Source of the DNA: an uncultured delta proteobacterium
GTDB taxonomy: Bacteria; Myxococcota_A; Polyangia; Fen-1088
Length of the DNA stretch: 64,000 nucleotides
Assembly: GCA_963755125.1 (NCBI GenBank)
Contig: CAVWIP010000001.1
Span: forward strand, 32,001-96,000
Direction: 5' to 3'
Positions within the stretch are counted from its first letter, which is position 1, and each line of letters opens with the position of its first letter. The position numbers and the translations under genes are program-made. Positions 23,853 through 32,132 of the stretch are shown here, piece by piece. Below the pieces are notes generated by a model. It saw only the letters and a list, made by a program, of their open reading frames with translations. It was not told the origin of the DNA and made no database searches.

Positions 23853-24107
23853 TTAGCTTTCCACGTAAAGCTTGAGCTGCTCGCGAACGACGTCCTCATT
23901 CAGTCCGGTGCGAAGCTGTTCCTGCAGGCAGTCGGCCAGAGTGAGCTGCATCTCCTCGACGCCGCCGTCTTGCATGACCTTGGCCAGCAAGGCGCGCGCC
24001 TCCCGGCTGTCGTCATCGCGGATGAAGTCCTTGACCATTTCGATCGTGAGCCCGCCGGAAAAGTCGAGCATCGCGTGGTCAAGGAGAAAGGCGATGAGTT
24101 GGTTCAC
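23853..24107 (-). CDS. Small acidic helical hypothetical protein (84 aa)
   Basis: GGAGG SD before GTG; native high-GC3 codon usage; fills the gap convergent on valS. Confidence 0.75.
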   Translation of the reverse strand: MNQLIAFLLDHAMLDFSGGLTIEMVKDFIRDDDSREARALLAKVMQDGGVEEMQLTLADCLQEQLRTGLNEDVVREQLKLYVES

Positions 24108-24379
24108 AGTGGCCTCCGGCGGGTGGTGACGATCGAGTTCTACGAAGTTCTGCTAATACCCCGAAAACGCTATGAAAATCAAGCGCGAATCGGATGTCCG
24201 TTGATGCTTTTTTTTCGACCGACCGGGCGCCGACGGATGTCATCATCCTGCGCCGCCATGGGAGCCCGCCTGGCTTGTTCAGGTGCAGTGGGGGTTGCTG
24301 GTGGAGGGCGAACGCTGCGAGTCTGCGGGCTGCTCGGATGCGGACGGGCGAGTGACCGTGCGCCAAGGCGCGCCAGGTC

Positions 24380-24408
24380 TTGACTGACTCGCGGTATTTG
24401 TCTACGGT
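24380..24408 (+). promoter_or_regulatory. Sigma70-like promoter
   Basis: TTGACT-N17-TACGGT, 6 nt before GTG 24415. Confidence 0.5.
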
Positions 24409-24414
24409 CGCACG

Positions 24415-24756
24415 GTGCCGTCCCGTCGCTGCCTTTGGGCGTTCGCGCTGGGTATTGTCGTTCCGCTGGGCTGCGGACCGGTCGAATACCTGAGTCGGGT
24501 CAGCTCGCGAGCTGCCTCCGCCTTGGCGCAAGCCCAACGAGAAGGGGCGGAGCAGAAGGCGCCCTACGAGTATGCGAAGGCGGTCGAGTACTATCACCAG
24601 GCGCGCGCGGACGCGGCCCACTCCTACTACCAGACTGCCATCGATTGGGGCCGCCGCAGCGAGGACTGTTCGCGGCGGGCGATGGCGCGTGTCAAGCAGC
24701 ACCAGCCCGCGGGTGCGACGCTACCCCGTGAGCACACAACATGCGGGGAGCCATGA
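24415..24756 (+). CDS. DUF4398-like lipoprotein
   Basis: Lipobox VPLGC; AEQKAPYEYAKAVEY helical-hairpin pattern; coupled (ATGA) to the OmpA gene. Confidence 0.75.
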   Translation: MPSRRCLWAFALGIVVPLGCGPVEYLSRVSSRAASALAQAQREGAEQKAPYEYAKAVEYYHQARADAAHSYYQTAIDWGRRSEDCSRRAMARVKQHQPAGATLPREHTTCGEP

Positions 24757-25740
24757 ATCGCCGCCAGCGAGCAGTAATCGGCAGCACCGCGGGGCTGTTG
24801 CTGCTTGGCTGTGCCGGTCAGGATCTGGCGGTACGGGCGAGCGGCGTTCGCAGTAGTTTGCACAGGGCGCGCGAGAACGGGGCCTACCAGTGCGCTCCCC
24901 GTTCCCTGGCGCTTTCCGAGGCCAACGTGGAATTCGCCGAGCGCGAGCTTGACCGAGGCGACTACTTTCGAGCGCTGGATCACATCGAGACTGCAGAGGC
25001 CAACGCCCGCGAGGCCCTGCGCTTGTCGCCGGCGGGCGGTTGCGGAAAACCAGTGGTGGTGACTCCTGCCCCGCCGAGCACCTTGGACACGGATGGTGAC
25101 GGCATCCCCGACGCGCTCGAACAAGTGTCCCAACGAACCTGAGGACAAGGACGGATTTGAGGACGAGGACGGTTGCCCCGACCTCGATAACGACCAGGAC
25201 GGTATCCCCGATGCGCTCGACAAGTGCCCCAACGAACCCGAGGACAAGGACGGATTTGAGGACGAGGATGGCTGCCCTGACCCCGACAACGACCAGGACG
25301 GTATTCCCGACGTAATTGACAAGTGCCCCAACGAGCCAGGGCCACCCGAGGAAAACGGCTGTCCCAAGAAACACACGCTGGTTTCGGTCACCCAGGAGAA
25401 GATCGAGCTTCACCAGGCGGTCTTCTTTGCCACGGGCAGGGCGACCATCATGCCGCAGAGCTTTCCCCTGCTGGATGAGGTCGCAGACGTGCTCAGGACG
25501 CGGTCCACCATGCAGGTCAGGGTGGAAGGACACACGGACAGCCGCGGCAGCCGAGCGAGCAACATGCGTCTCTCGCAGGCGCGGGCCGATTCCGTCAAGG
25601 CCTACCTCGTCGGCCATAACGTCAACGCCAGTCGGATGGTATCGGTAGGGTTCGGACCCGATCAGCCGATCGAAACCAACAAGACGGCGGCCGGACGTGA
25701 GCGAAACCGGCGGGTCGAATTCATGATAACCCAGCAGTAG
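24753..25740 (+). pseudogene. DUF4398 + thrombospondin type-3 repeats + OmpA_C lipoprotein, split by a +1 frameshift at 25120-25121
   Basis: Lipobox LLLGC; DxDGIPD repeats; OmpA domain VEGHTD...LSQARA...NRRVEF. First repeat unit is 100 bp and the second is 99 bp. Removing one A gives a 328-aa ORF. Confidence 0.85.
25101..25336 (+). repeat. Intragenic tandem repeat, 99-bp period (33-aa Ca-binding TSP3 units)
   Basis: Units start at 25101, 25201 and 25300 (third partial). Confidence 0.9.
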
Positions 25741-25757
25741 TGGAGGAGAACCCCAAG

Positions 25758-27512
25758 ATGGGAAACACGACTACACCACGGCGGGCGGTCGCATCGCGCG
25801 CGGTCCGATGGACCGCGCTGGCCCTACGGGTCGGGCTGATCGGCGCCATCCTGGCAGCGTCGGTCACACCGGCGTTGGGACAAGACGATGAGAAGGCAGT
25901 GAAGAAGATCGTCGATTTGAACAAGAAGGCATTGGCGGCGATCGACGCTAAGAAGTTCGATGTGGCCCGCGATGGACTCCTGCAGGCGGAGTCGGTAGCC
26001 AAGCAGGCGAACCTGCTCACGCACAAGATGCTGGCTCGGACCTATGTGCATCTGGGTGCGGTCTATTTCTTGGGTTACAACGATCGCAAGAATGCAGTGC
26101 GGTGTTTTGGCCTGGCCAAGAATATTCGTCCCGACATCCCGATGACGCCGTCACTGGCAACCCCGACCTTGACTGCTCTGTTTGACAAGGCCACGGCCGG
26201 TGCAGGCGAGAGCGATCCGTGGGGAGAGGCCGCTGCGTCCGGCCCTCATCCGCTTCCATCGGTATCTCCCCCTTCTGGGCCCGTCAAGCCGTCGCCGACT
26301 CCCCCGCCGCCGACTCCTCCGCCACCACCCGCGTCTCCGCCGGTCGCGCTCGGCGAGCCGGACCTGCCCGCGGTCTTGCCCTCCGGCCTCTACTGCCCCG
26401 CGGTGGAAGAGGCGCCGGAAGGTCACGAGATCATCATCCGTTGTGCGGCCAAACCCGCGCTGAAGGTCGAGAGCATCTTGCTCTACTATCGAGCTTCGGG
26501 CGCTCCCACGTACGCCGTGGCGGCCATGCAGAACTCGCCCAAGGGCTGGCTGGAGGCCAGCATCCCAGCCGAGGCCGCAACCGGCGAAAGCATGCAGTAC
26601 TACTGCGAGGCCAGAAACAGCGCCGACGACGTGGTGGCCACCAGCGGGCAGCAGGATATCCCCAACCCCATCATCCTGACGCCTGCGGCGCCGGATTCCA
26701 GTTCGACGAACCCGCGCGTGGCGACCGGCGGTAAGGGCGACGGAGAAGATCCTCTGAAGGGGATCAAGCGCGAACAGGACACCGAGGTTTTGGAAAGAGG
26801 CATCCATCGTCGCCGTCAAGGCGCTTTCTGGCTGGGCGGAGGGTGGGGAACCGGAGTGGGCTATCACCTGGCCTCCCTGTTGGAATGGCGGCGCGATGCC
26901 CCTCCCGTCAGCGCGGGCTGGCACCAGGCAGGCTGGTACAACTCCTATTGGGAGGTCGGGTATCTCATAACCGATCACATTGGGACCGCGGTCCAGGCCC
27001 GCTGGGAGTACATTCCGATACAGGGATCCGGCGACGCCAACCCAGGCCGGCCGGCCAACGGGGCGATCTCGGTGATTGGGAGGGGTCTGTACTACCTGGA
27101 CTTGGGCACAGGCAATGCGCAGATCCAGTTCTCGGCTGATTTCGGCGGGGGCGATGGATATCGCTTCGCCTTCCCGCCGACCAATCCCAACCACACCAGG
27201 ATTCTCGGGACCACCGCCGATGGAAATTGCATCAAAGACGGATCCGGAAACTGCATACTGGCTCCCACGCTGCTCACGGACACGGTTCGCAGCGGGCCGA
27301 TCGTCTACGGCGCCAGCGCTGGTTTCATCTATCACTTCACCCGCCACATCGCCGCCAACTTCGAGTTGCGTTTTTTGGGGGCCGGGCCGCACCTCGGGCT
27401 TCTGCTAGAGGGCTACGCCTCGCTGCAACTCGCTTTTGGCGGCAAGATGCCGGTTCAAGCGGGAGACGCCCCGCCCATGGAGCGGCTCCCGGAGGAAGAC
27501 GAGGAGCCGTAG
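25758..27512 (+). CDS. Exported protein: TPR, Pro-rich linker, beta-sandwich, putative C-terminal beta-barrel
   Basis: Signal peptide ending ALG-QDD; TPR-like helix pair; polyproline tract; amphipathic aromatic strands at the C-terminus. Start is uncertain. Confidence 0.7.
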   Translation: MGNTTTPRRAVASRAVRWTALALRVGLIGAILAASVTPALGQDDEKAVKKIVDLNKKALAAIDAKKFDVARDGLLQAESVAKQANLLTHKMLARTYVHLGAVYFLGYNDRKNAVRCFGLAKNIRPDIPMTPSLATPTLTALFDKATAGAGESDPWGEAAASGPHPLPSVSPPSGPVKPSPTPPPPTPPPPPASPPVALGEPDLPAVLPSGLYCPAVEEAPEGHEIIIRCAAKPALKVESILLYYRASGAPTYAVAAMQNSPKGWLEASIPAEAATGESMQYYCEARNSADDVVATSGQQDIPNPIILTPAAPDSSSTNPRVATGGKGDGEDPLKGIKREQDTEVLERGIHRRRQGAFWLGGGWGTGVGYHLASLLEWRRDAPPVSAGWHQAGWYNSYWEVGYLITDHIGTAVQARWEYIPIQGSGDANPGRPANGAISVIGRGLYYLDLGTGNAQIQFSADFGGGDGYRFAFPPTNPNHTRILGTTADGNCIKDGSGNCILAPTLLTDTVRSGPIVYGASAGFIYHFTRHIAANFELRFLGAGPHLGLLLEGYASLQLAFGGKMPVQAGDAPPMERLPEEDEEP

Positions 27513-27531
27513 TCCGCCAGGCCTTGCAGCG

Positions 27532-29916
27532 CTAGATGGTTTCGCCACCCTCGACCGGCCCAGGCTGGGTGGGCGCGCCGTTGCGCAGGTAGCGCGATGC
27601 CATCTCATATTCGAAGAACGAGGCCATCTTGGTGTCGATGACCTTGGACCACAGGGCGTGGGCATCGTTACTCTTGCCCTCGGCGAGCCGACGCATGGCC
27701 TCGTAGAAGAAGATCTCGGCGCGTTTGCCTGGCGTGTCCGCCATGGCCAGCAAGCGGTCATAGCTGATGCGACCGAGCGAGTAGCTCACCAACTGCCGGT
27801 ACCAGGCCGAGGCTCGCGGCGGGCGCAGCTCGATCTGGCGCGCATCCAGGGAGCGCAGGTAGGCCAAGGCGGCGGCGTCGGGCGAATCGCTGCGGCGCCG
27901 GGTGATGTCCAGGATCCAAAGCGAGGCGTAGACCTTGACGTATTCCGAAACCACCCGGCTCGACTTGGAGATCGCGCGCCGGTATATGTCGAGCGCAGGC
28001 TCGGCGTCGCCCCGCTCCACCAGGAAGGCGATGGCGTCGATGTAGCTTTGGTCGCGGCCTTCGTCCTGCTCGATGGCTTCGTCAAATTTGCGCAGACCAT
28101 CATCGCGCCGGCCCAGCAGGTAGTAGAGGCGGCCCACCTCGAAGGTGGACCCTGCTGACGAGCCAAGGTTCTTGCGGCGCAACTGCTCGATCATCAACCG
28201 CTCCCAGCCGCGCACAGCAAAACGCCAGGCCTTGCGCGCGTCGTCCATGTTGCCGACCATTTCGTAGGCCACGCCCAGGGTGTAGGCCAAACGTGACTGC
28301 CCTTCGACGAACGAGACGGTTTCCTCGGGGGGCGCCTCGCGCTGTCGCAGGTCGAGGGCTTTTTGCAGCAAGGTCGCCGCTTGCTCCGGACGTCCTCGCT
28401 TCACCGCCAGGTTGGAAATCTGCAAAGTGACCTCATAGTCGCCAGAACTTTGCGCTCGCAGAAGCAGGGGCTCGGCCTCATCGAGCCTCCCGGCGTCCAC
28501 CAGACCGCGTGCCACTGCGAGGTCCACATCGGCCTCTGACAGCTTGAAATGCTTGCTGCCGAATCGCTGCTGGCTTTGCGCCAGTTGGCTGCGCAGGTGT
28601 TCGGCCTCGGGCAAGACCGGCTGCATGCGGTCGGGGTCGATGCGCGACTTGAGGCGCAAGAAGGCCAGTTCCATCCGCTCGGCCACCAGATCGGCGAGCT
28701 TGTCCGCGCCGGCCTTCTGGCGCTCCAGCGCGGCAAGCGCCTCGTCGAGGTAGCGCAAGGCCAAGAAGGGTGCCGGGACAAAGCGCGCCACGCGTGAGGC
28801 AAGGACCAACATTTCGACGTCGCCGGGGGCGAGCAGGAGTCCACGGCGCAGGATCTCGGCCGCGGCGGCGGGATCGATCCGGTCGGTGGAGGTCCCGAGC
28901 AGCAACTCACCGCGGGGCAGAAAGCGACGGGCCAGCGCCAGGTAGTCGGCAGGCCCGGCTGCGGAGCGATTGGCCGCTGCGAGGAGTTGTCGGAACTCGG
29001 GATCGTCGCCCGGTTTGTCGGCAAAGCGCGCGGCGGCTTCGTTCGCGCGGCTCATCTGGCCACAACGAAGGTAAAGAGCGGCGGTGTTGATCGCCATGGC
29101 CGAGAGGGACTCGGTATCGAGCAACAGCTCGCTCAGCATGCCTCGTCCGCCGACTCCCGCACCGGGCGACCGGCGCAACATGCTGGTGAGCCGCTGCTGG
29201 CGCTCAGAGGCGAGTCGGGCCACGCGTTCGACCACGGTTGGGCTAGGCCAGTTTGCGGCGACACCGTCCAGGATGTCGGCTGTGGTCGGCTGGGTGCGAG
29301 GGCCCGGCGTGCCAACGGAAAGCTGCGTCTCGGTGTCCAGCCAGGTGAAGACTTGATCGACCCGCGTCGCCCATTCCGGGTTTTGCGGATCGAGTGCCTC
29401 GAGCACGAACAGGCCGGTCGCCACGGGCAGTTCATTGCCGCGCGGCGAGTAGGCGCCAACGATCAGACGGGCCGCCCAGCTCAGCAATCTCCGCTCGCGA
29501 TCGGACACAGCCAGGCCTTCGGGCCGCCAGAGGAGAGGCGCCGGGAAGAGGTCCATGGCGTCGCGGAGGGAGTCCTGGAGTCTTTCGAAATCATCGTCGC
29601 TGCCGAGGATACTGGGATCACGCCGCAAGTGCTGCGCGTCGAGAGCCGCCAGCGGGCCAAGCAGGTACTCGACCATCTTGATGCGAAGACGCGCCTGTTC
29701 GTCGGAGCCCTGGGCGAGCGCCTGATAGATGAACTTTGCTTCAAGGAAATCCTCTTCGTTTGCGATCGGGGCCAGGGAAGCGGCTTCGTTGGCCATACGC
29801 TCTGCCGCTTCGCTCGGCCTGCCGGCCCCGGCCGCGCCCCGAGAGGCGCAACCGGACGTCACCGCCGCAAGACCCAAAACGGCACATGCGGGCTTGGGCC
29901 ACCAGACTTTGTTCAT
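27532..29916 (-). CDS. Large TPR-like helical lipoprotein (794 aa)
   Basis: Lipobox VTSGC; TPR-like units throughout; TAAACT 6 nt before ATG. Confidence 0.8.
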   Translation of the reverse strand: MNKVWWPKPACAVLGLAAVTSGCASRGAAGAGRPSEAAERMANEAASLAPIANEEDFLEAKFIYQALAQGSDEQARLRIKMVEYLLGPLAALDAQHLRRDPSILGSDDDFERLQDSLRDAMDLFPAPLLWRPEGLAVSDRERRLLSWAARLIVGAYSPRGNELPVATGLFVLEALDPQNPEWATRVDQVFTWLDTETQLSVGTPGPRTQPTTADILDGVAANWPSPTVVERVARLASERQQRLTSMLRRSPGAGVGGRGMLSELLLDTESLSAMAINTAALYLRCGQMSRANEAAARFADKPGDDPEFRQLLAAANRSAAGPADYLALARRFLPRGELLLGTSTDRIDPAAAAEILRRGLLLAPGDVEMLVLASRVARFVPAPFLALRYLDEALAALERQKAGADKLADLVAERMELAFLRLKSRIDPDRMQPVLPEAEHLRSQLAQSQQRFGSKHFKLSEADVDLAVARGLVDAGRLDEAEPLLLRAQSSGDYEVTLQISNLAVKRGRPEQAATLLQKALDLRQREAPPEETVSFVEGQSRLAYTLGVAYEMVGNMDDARKAWRFAVRGWERLMIEQLRRKNLGSSAGSTFEVGRLYYLLGRRDDGLRKFDEAIEQDEGRDQSYIDAIAFLVERGDAEPALDIYRRAISKSSRVVSEYVKVYASLWILDITRRRSDSPDAAALAYLRSLDARQIELRPPRASAWYRQLVSYSLGRISYDRLLAMADTPGKRAEIFFYEAMRRLAEGKSNDAHALWSKVIDTKMASFFEYEMASRYLRNGAPTQPGPVEGGETI

Positions 29917-29981
29917 GCCGGCAGTTTAGCCCGCGACTGGGGCACTCGGCCACAAACGCTAGATCCTACTGCGCAGGCCGC

Positions 29982-30011
29982 TTGACCCGAAGATCGGCGG
30001 GTGTCTAACAT
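29982..30011 (+). promoter_or_regulatory. Sigma70-like promoter
   Basis: TTGACC-N18-TAACAT, 8 nt before ATG 30020. Confidence 0.55.
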
Positions 30012-30019
30012 CCCTCGCC

Positions 30020-31393
30020 ATGCGACATCTGCTAGGCGCGTGGGAAGCTCGCCGGCTTTGCCGGCGGCGAACCATCGCGGGAAGGAATGGAAACCCTCTC
30101 AGGGTTTCCATTTTGGTGATAGGGCTCGCGCTCTTGGCGGCCTGCGAGAGCGTCAGCTCGGAGAAGATCGAGCAGTGGAAGGGCACGCAGAAGGGGCCGC
30201 CAAAGATCGCGGAAGCCCTGAGCAACTCGGGCGTGGCGCCGGGGCTGCGCGCCGAGGCAGCGGCCGCCCTCGTCGACCTGGGCATGCCTGAGAAGGTCGA
30301 CGAGGTGATGGCGGCTTTGCCGGCGAACGAGCGCTGGGAGATCCTCAAGTCGCTTGTCCCCATCCACGTCAAGGCCATGGAGAGCGCGTCCGTGCCCAAG
30401 GCACGCGATGCCCGCGACGGGTTGTTCAGCGTGCGTCCGTACGCCCAGCCCGAGCAGCAGAAGCAGATCGACGCAGCGATCCTCACGTCAGTGGAGAAGG
30501 ATCTGAAAGATGGGCGGTTTGCGGGAGGGCGGCACTCGCTCGACAAGATGTTGGTGGCCATCGGTACACCGTCGGGACCGATGCTGGTCAAGCTGCTGGC
30601 GGACCCCAAGGCGCCCTACAAGGGACTTGCCGAACTTCTGCTGAAAGTGGGCGACGAGTCGGCGCGCGACAAGGGTGGTGAGGCCTTGGTGCGGCGGGCG
30701 GCGACAGAAAAGGAGATTCCCAACGACCTGTGGATAGCCATGGGTACCCTGGGAGGGCAAAGCGTGACGGAGTTTCTGACCCAGAAATTTCTCAAGAGCG
30801 CACCGGCGGAAGCGGCTTTGGCTGCCAAGGCCCTGCAACAGTCGCGCTACCCCAGCGTGCTCCCGGTGGCGCTCAAGATTGCGGCCGACCCGAAGGCCGA
30901 CAACTTGGTGCGAGATGAGGCATTCGGCGTGGTAGAGAAAATCGGTGGTCCGGCGGCGCAGAAAGGCCTTGTGGAAATCATAGCCAATGACAAGAAGGAC
31001 ATGGTGCGCTATCGGGCGTATGAGGCCGCTTTGGAGGCAGGCAAGGTTGAGGCGGTGCTCCCTGCGCTGCAGGCGTTCTCCGACAAGCTCAGTTTCAACA
31101 AGGAAGACGTGATGGACTTCTTGGTCAAGGACATCACCAAGCTCGGCGTCGTGGCCAAGCCCGCGGTGCTGAGCGCCCTGTTGTCGCCGTCGGCCTTGGC
31201 GCGCATCACCGCGGTCTGGGCGCTGGAGGCGCCGCTGGCCAACCCCAGGCAGTCGCTGGGCGCGGCGAACGATACAGCCGCGCTGCTCAAGCTTGCGGAC
31301 GACAAGGCCAGTCCCAAGGGGTTTCCGGCCGGCATGACGGTAGGGGGAGAGGCCAAGCGCGTGGCGGCGGTGTTGCAGAAAAGGGGTAGCTAG
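30020..31393 (+). CDS. HEAT-repeat-like lipoprotein with a repeat-derived insertion in its signal peptide
   Basis: Lipobox LLAAC at residue 42; helical repeats (VRDEAFGVVEKIG, VRYRAYEAA). Confidence 0.8.
   Translation: MRHLLGAWEARRLCRRRTIAGRNGNPLRVSILVIGLALLAACESVSSEKIEQWKGTQKGPPKIAEALSNSGVAPGLRAEAAAALVDLGMPEKVDEVMAALPANERWEILKSLVPIHVKAMESASVPKARDARDGLFSVRPYAQPEQQKQIDAAILTSVEKDLKDGRFAGGRHSLDKMLVAIGTPSGPMLVKLLADPKAPYKGLAELLLKVGDESARDKGGEALVRRAATEKEIPNDLWIAMGTLGGQSVTEFLTQKFLKSAPAEAALAAKALQQSRYPSVLPVALKIAADPKADNLVRDEAFGVVEKIGGPAAQKGLVEIIANDKKDMVRYRAYEAALEAGKVEAVLPALQAFSDKLSFNKEDVMDFLVKDITKLGVVAKPAVLSALLSPSALARITAVWALEAPLANPRQSLGAANDTAALLKLADDKASPKGFPAGMTVGGEAKRVAAVLQKRGS
30036..30112 (+). repeat. 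77-bp structured repeat, copy B (intragenic)
   Basis: 62/77 identical to 3578-3654, no gaps, with compensatory stem changes. Confidence 0.88.
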
Positions 31394-31418
31394 CAGCGAG
31401 ACGAGGTAGAAAGCAATC

Positions 31419-32111
31419 ATGGCGAATGATCCCACCAGGAAGACTTTGCGGCACTTCTACTGCCGCGACGTGCTCTGGCAGAGCTTCGAGCGAATGTCCG
31501 AGACGCTGGACCGGGGCGTCGACGAACTGGTGAACGAGGCGATGCGGGTGCTTGCCCAGCAGCAGGGTTTCCTCCCGTCGGACTTCGTCATGTCTCCGGG
31601 CAGCGGACTGTCTTCGCAGCCCGAGCGAGGGCTGCCCCGTCCCGATGCGCGCACGGGGAGCGGGTTGTCGCGGCCCGATGCACAGTCCGGCAGCGGGCTG
31701 TCGCGGACCGGTCGTCGGGTCGTGCCCCCGCCGTTGCCGACGGCGCGCGCCGAGCAGTCAGGGAATCGTCCACCGCCTCCGCCCTCGGCAGCTAGCTACT
31801 CGGCCCCGGCGCAGGCTGAAGCCGGAGCCTCGCCGCCTTTGTATCTGGTCTTCGGAAACCAAAGATACGTCATCAACAAGGACCAGTTCATCATCGGCCG
31901 CGGCACCAAGTCGTCTGATCTGCCCATTCGCGACGGCAACATATCGCGCAAGCATGCAGCGGTGATCCGACGCAACGGTGAGTACTTCATCAAGGATCTG
32001 GGCTCCACCAACGGCATCGACTACCGGGGCGAGCGCATCGAGGGCAAGAAGATCGAAGAAGGGGACGTGTTCTCGATTTGCGAGTACCAGTTGAAGTTCA
32101 CGTACCGGTAG
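31419..32111 (+). CDS. FHA-domain protein with N-terminal ribbon-helix-helix-like segment
   Basis: FHA motifs IIGRG...ISRKHA...DLGSTNG; low-complexity linker with GSGLSRPDA repeats. Confidence 0.85.
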   Translation: MANDPTRKTLRHFYCRDVLWQSFERMSETLDRGVDELVNEAMRVLAQQQGFLPSDFVMSPGSGLSSQPERGLPRPDARTGSGLSRPDAQSGSGLSRTGRRVVPPPLPTARAEQSGNRPPPPPSAASYSAPAQAEAGASPPLYLVFGNQRYVINKDQFIIGRGTKSSDLPIRDGNISRKHAAVIRRNGEYFIKDLGSTNGIDYRGERIEGKKIEEGDVFSICEYQLKFTYR

Positions 32112-32132
32112 GAGTCGACCGCTGCGCGGAAA

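Noticed and set aside
25101..25336. Regularly spaced repeats as a CRISPR array
   Set aside because: Codon-phased 99-bp protein repeats without unique spacers; no cas genes.
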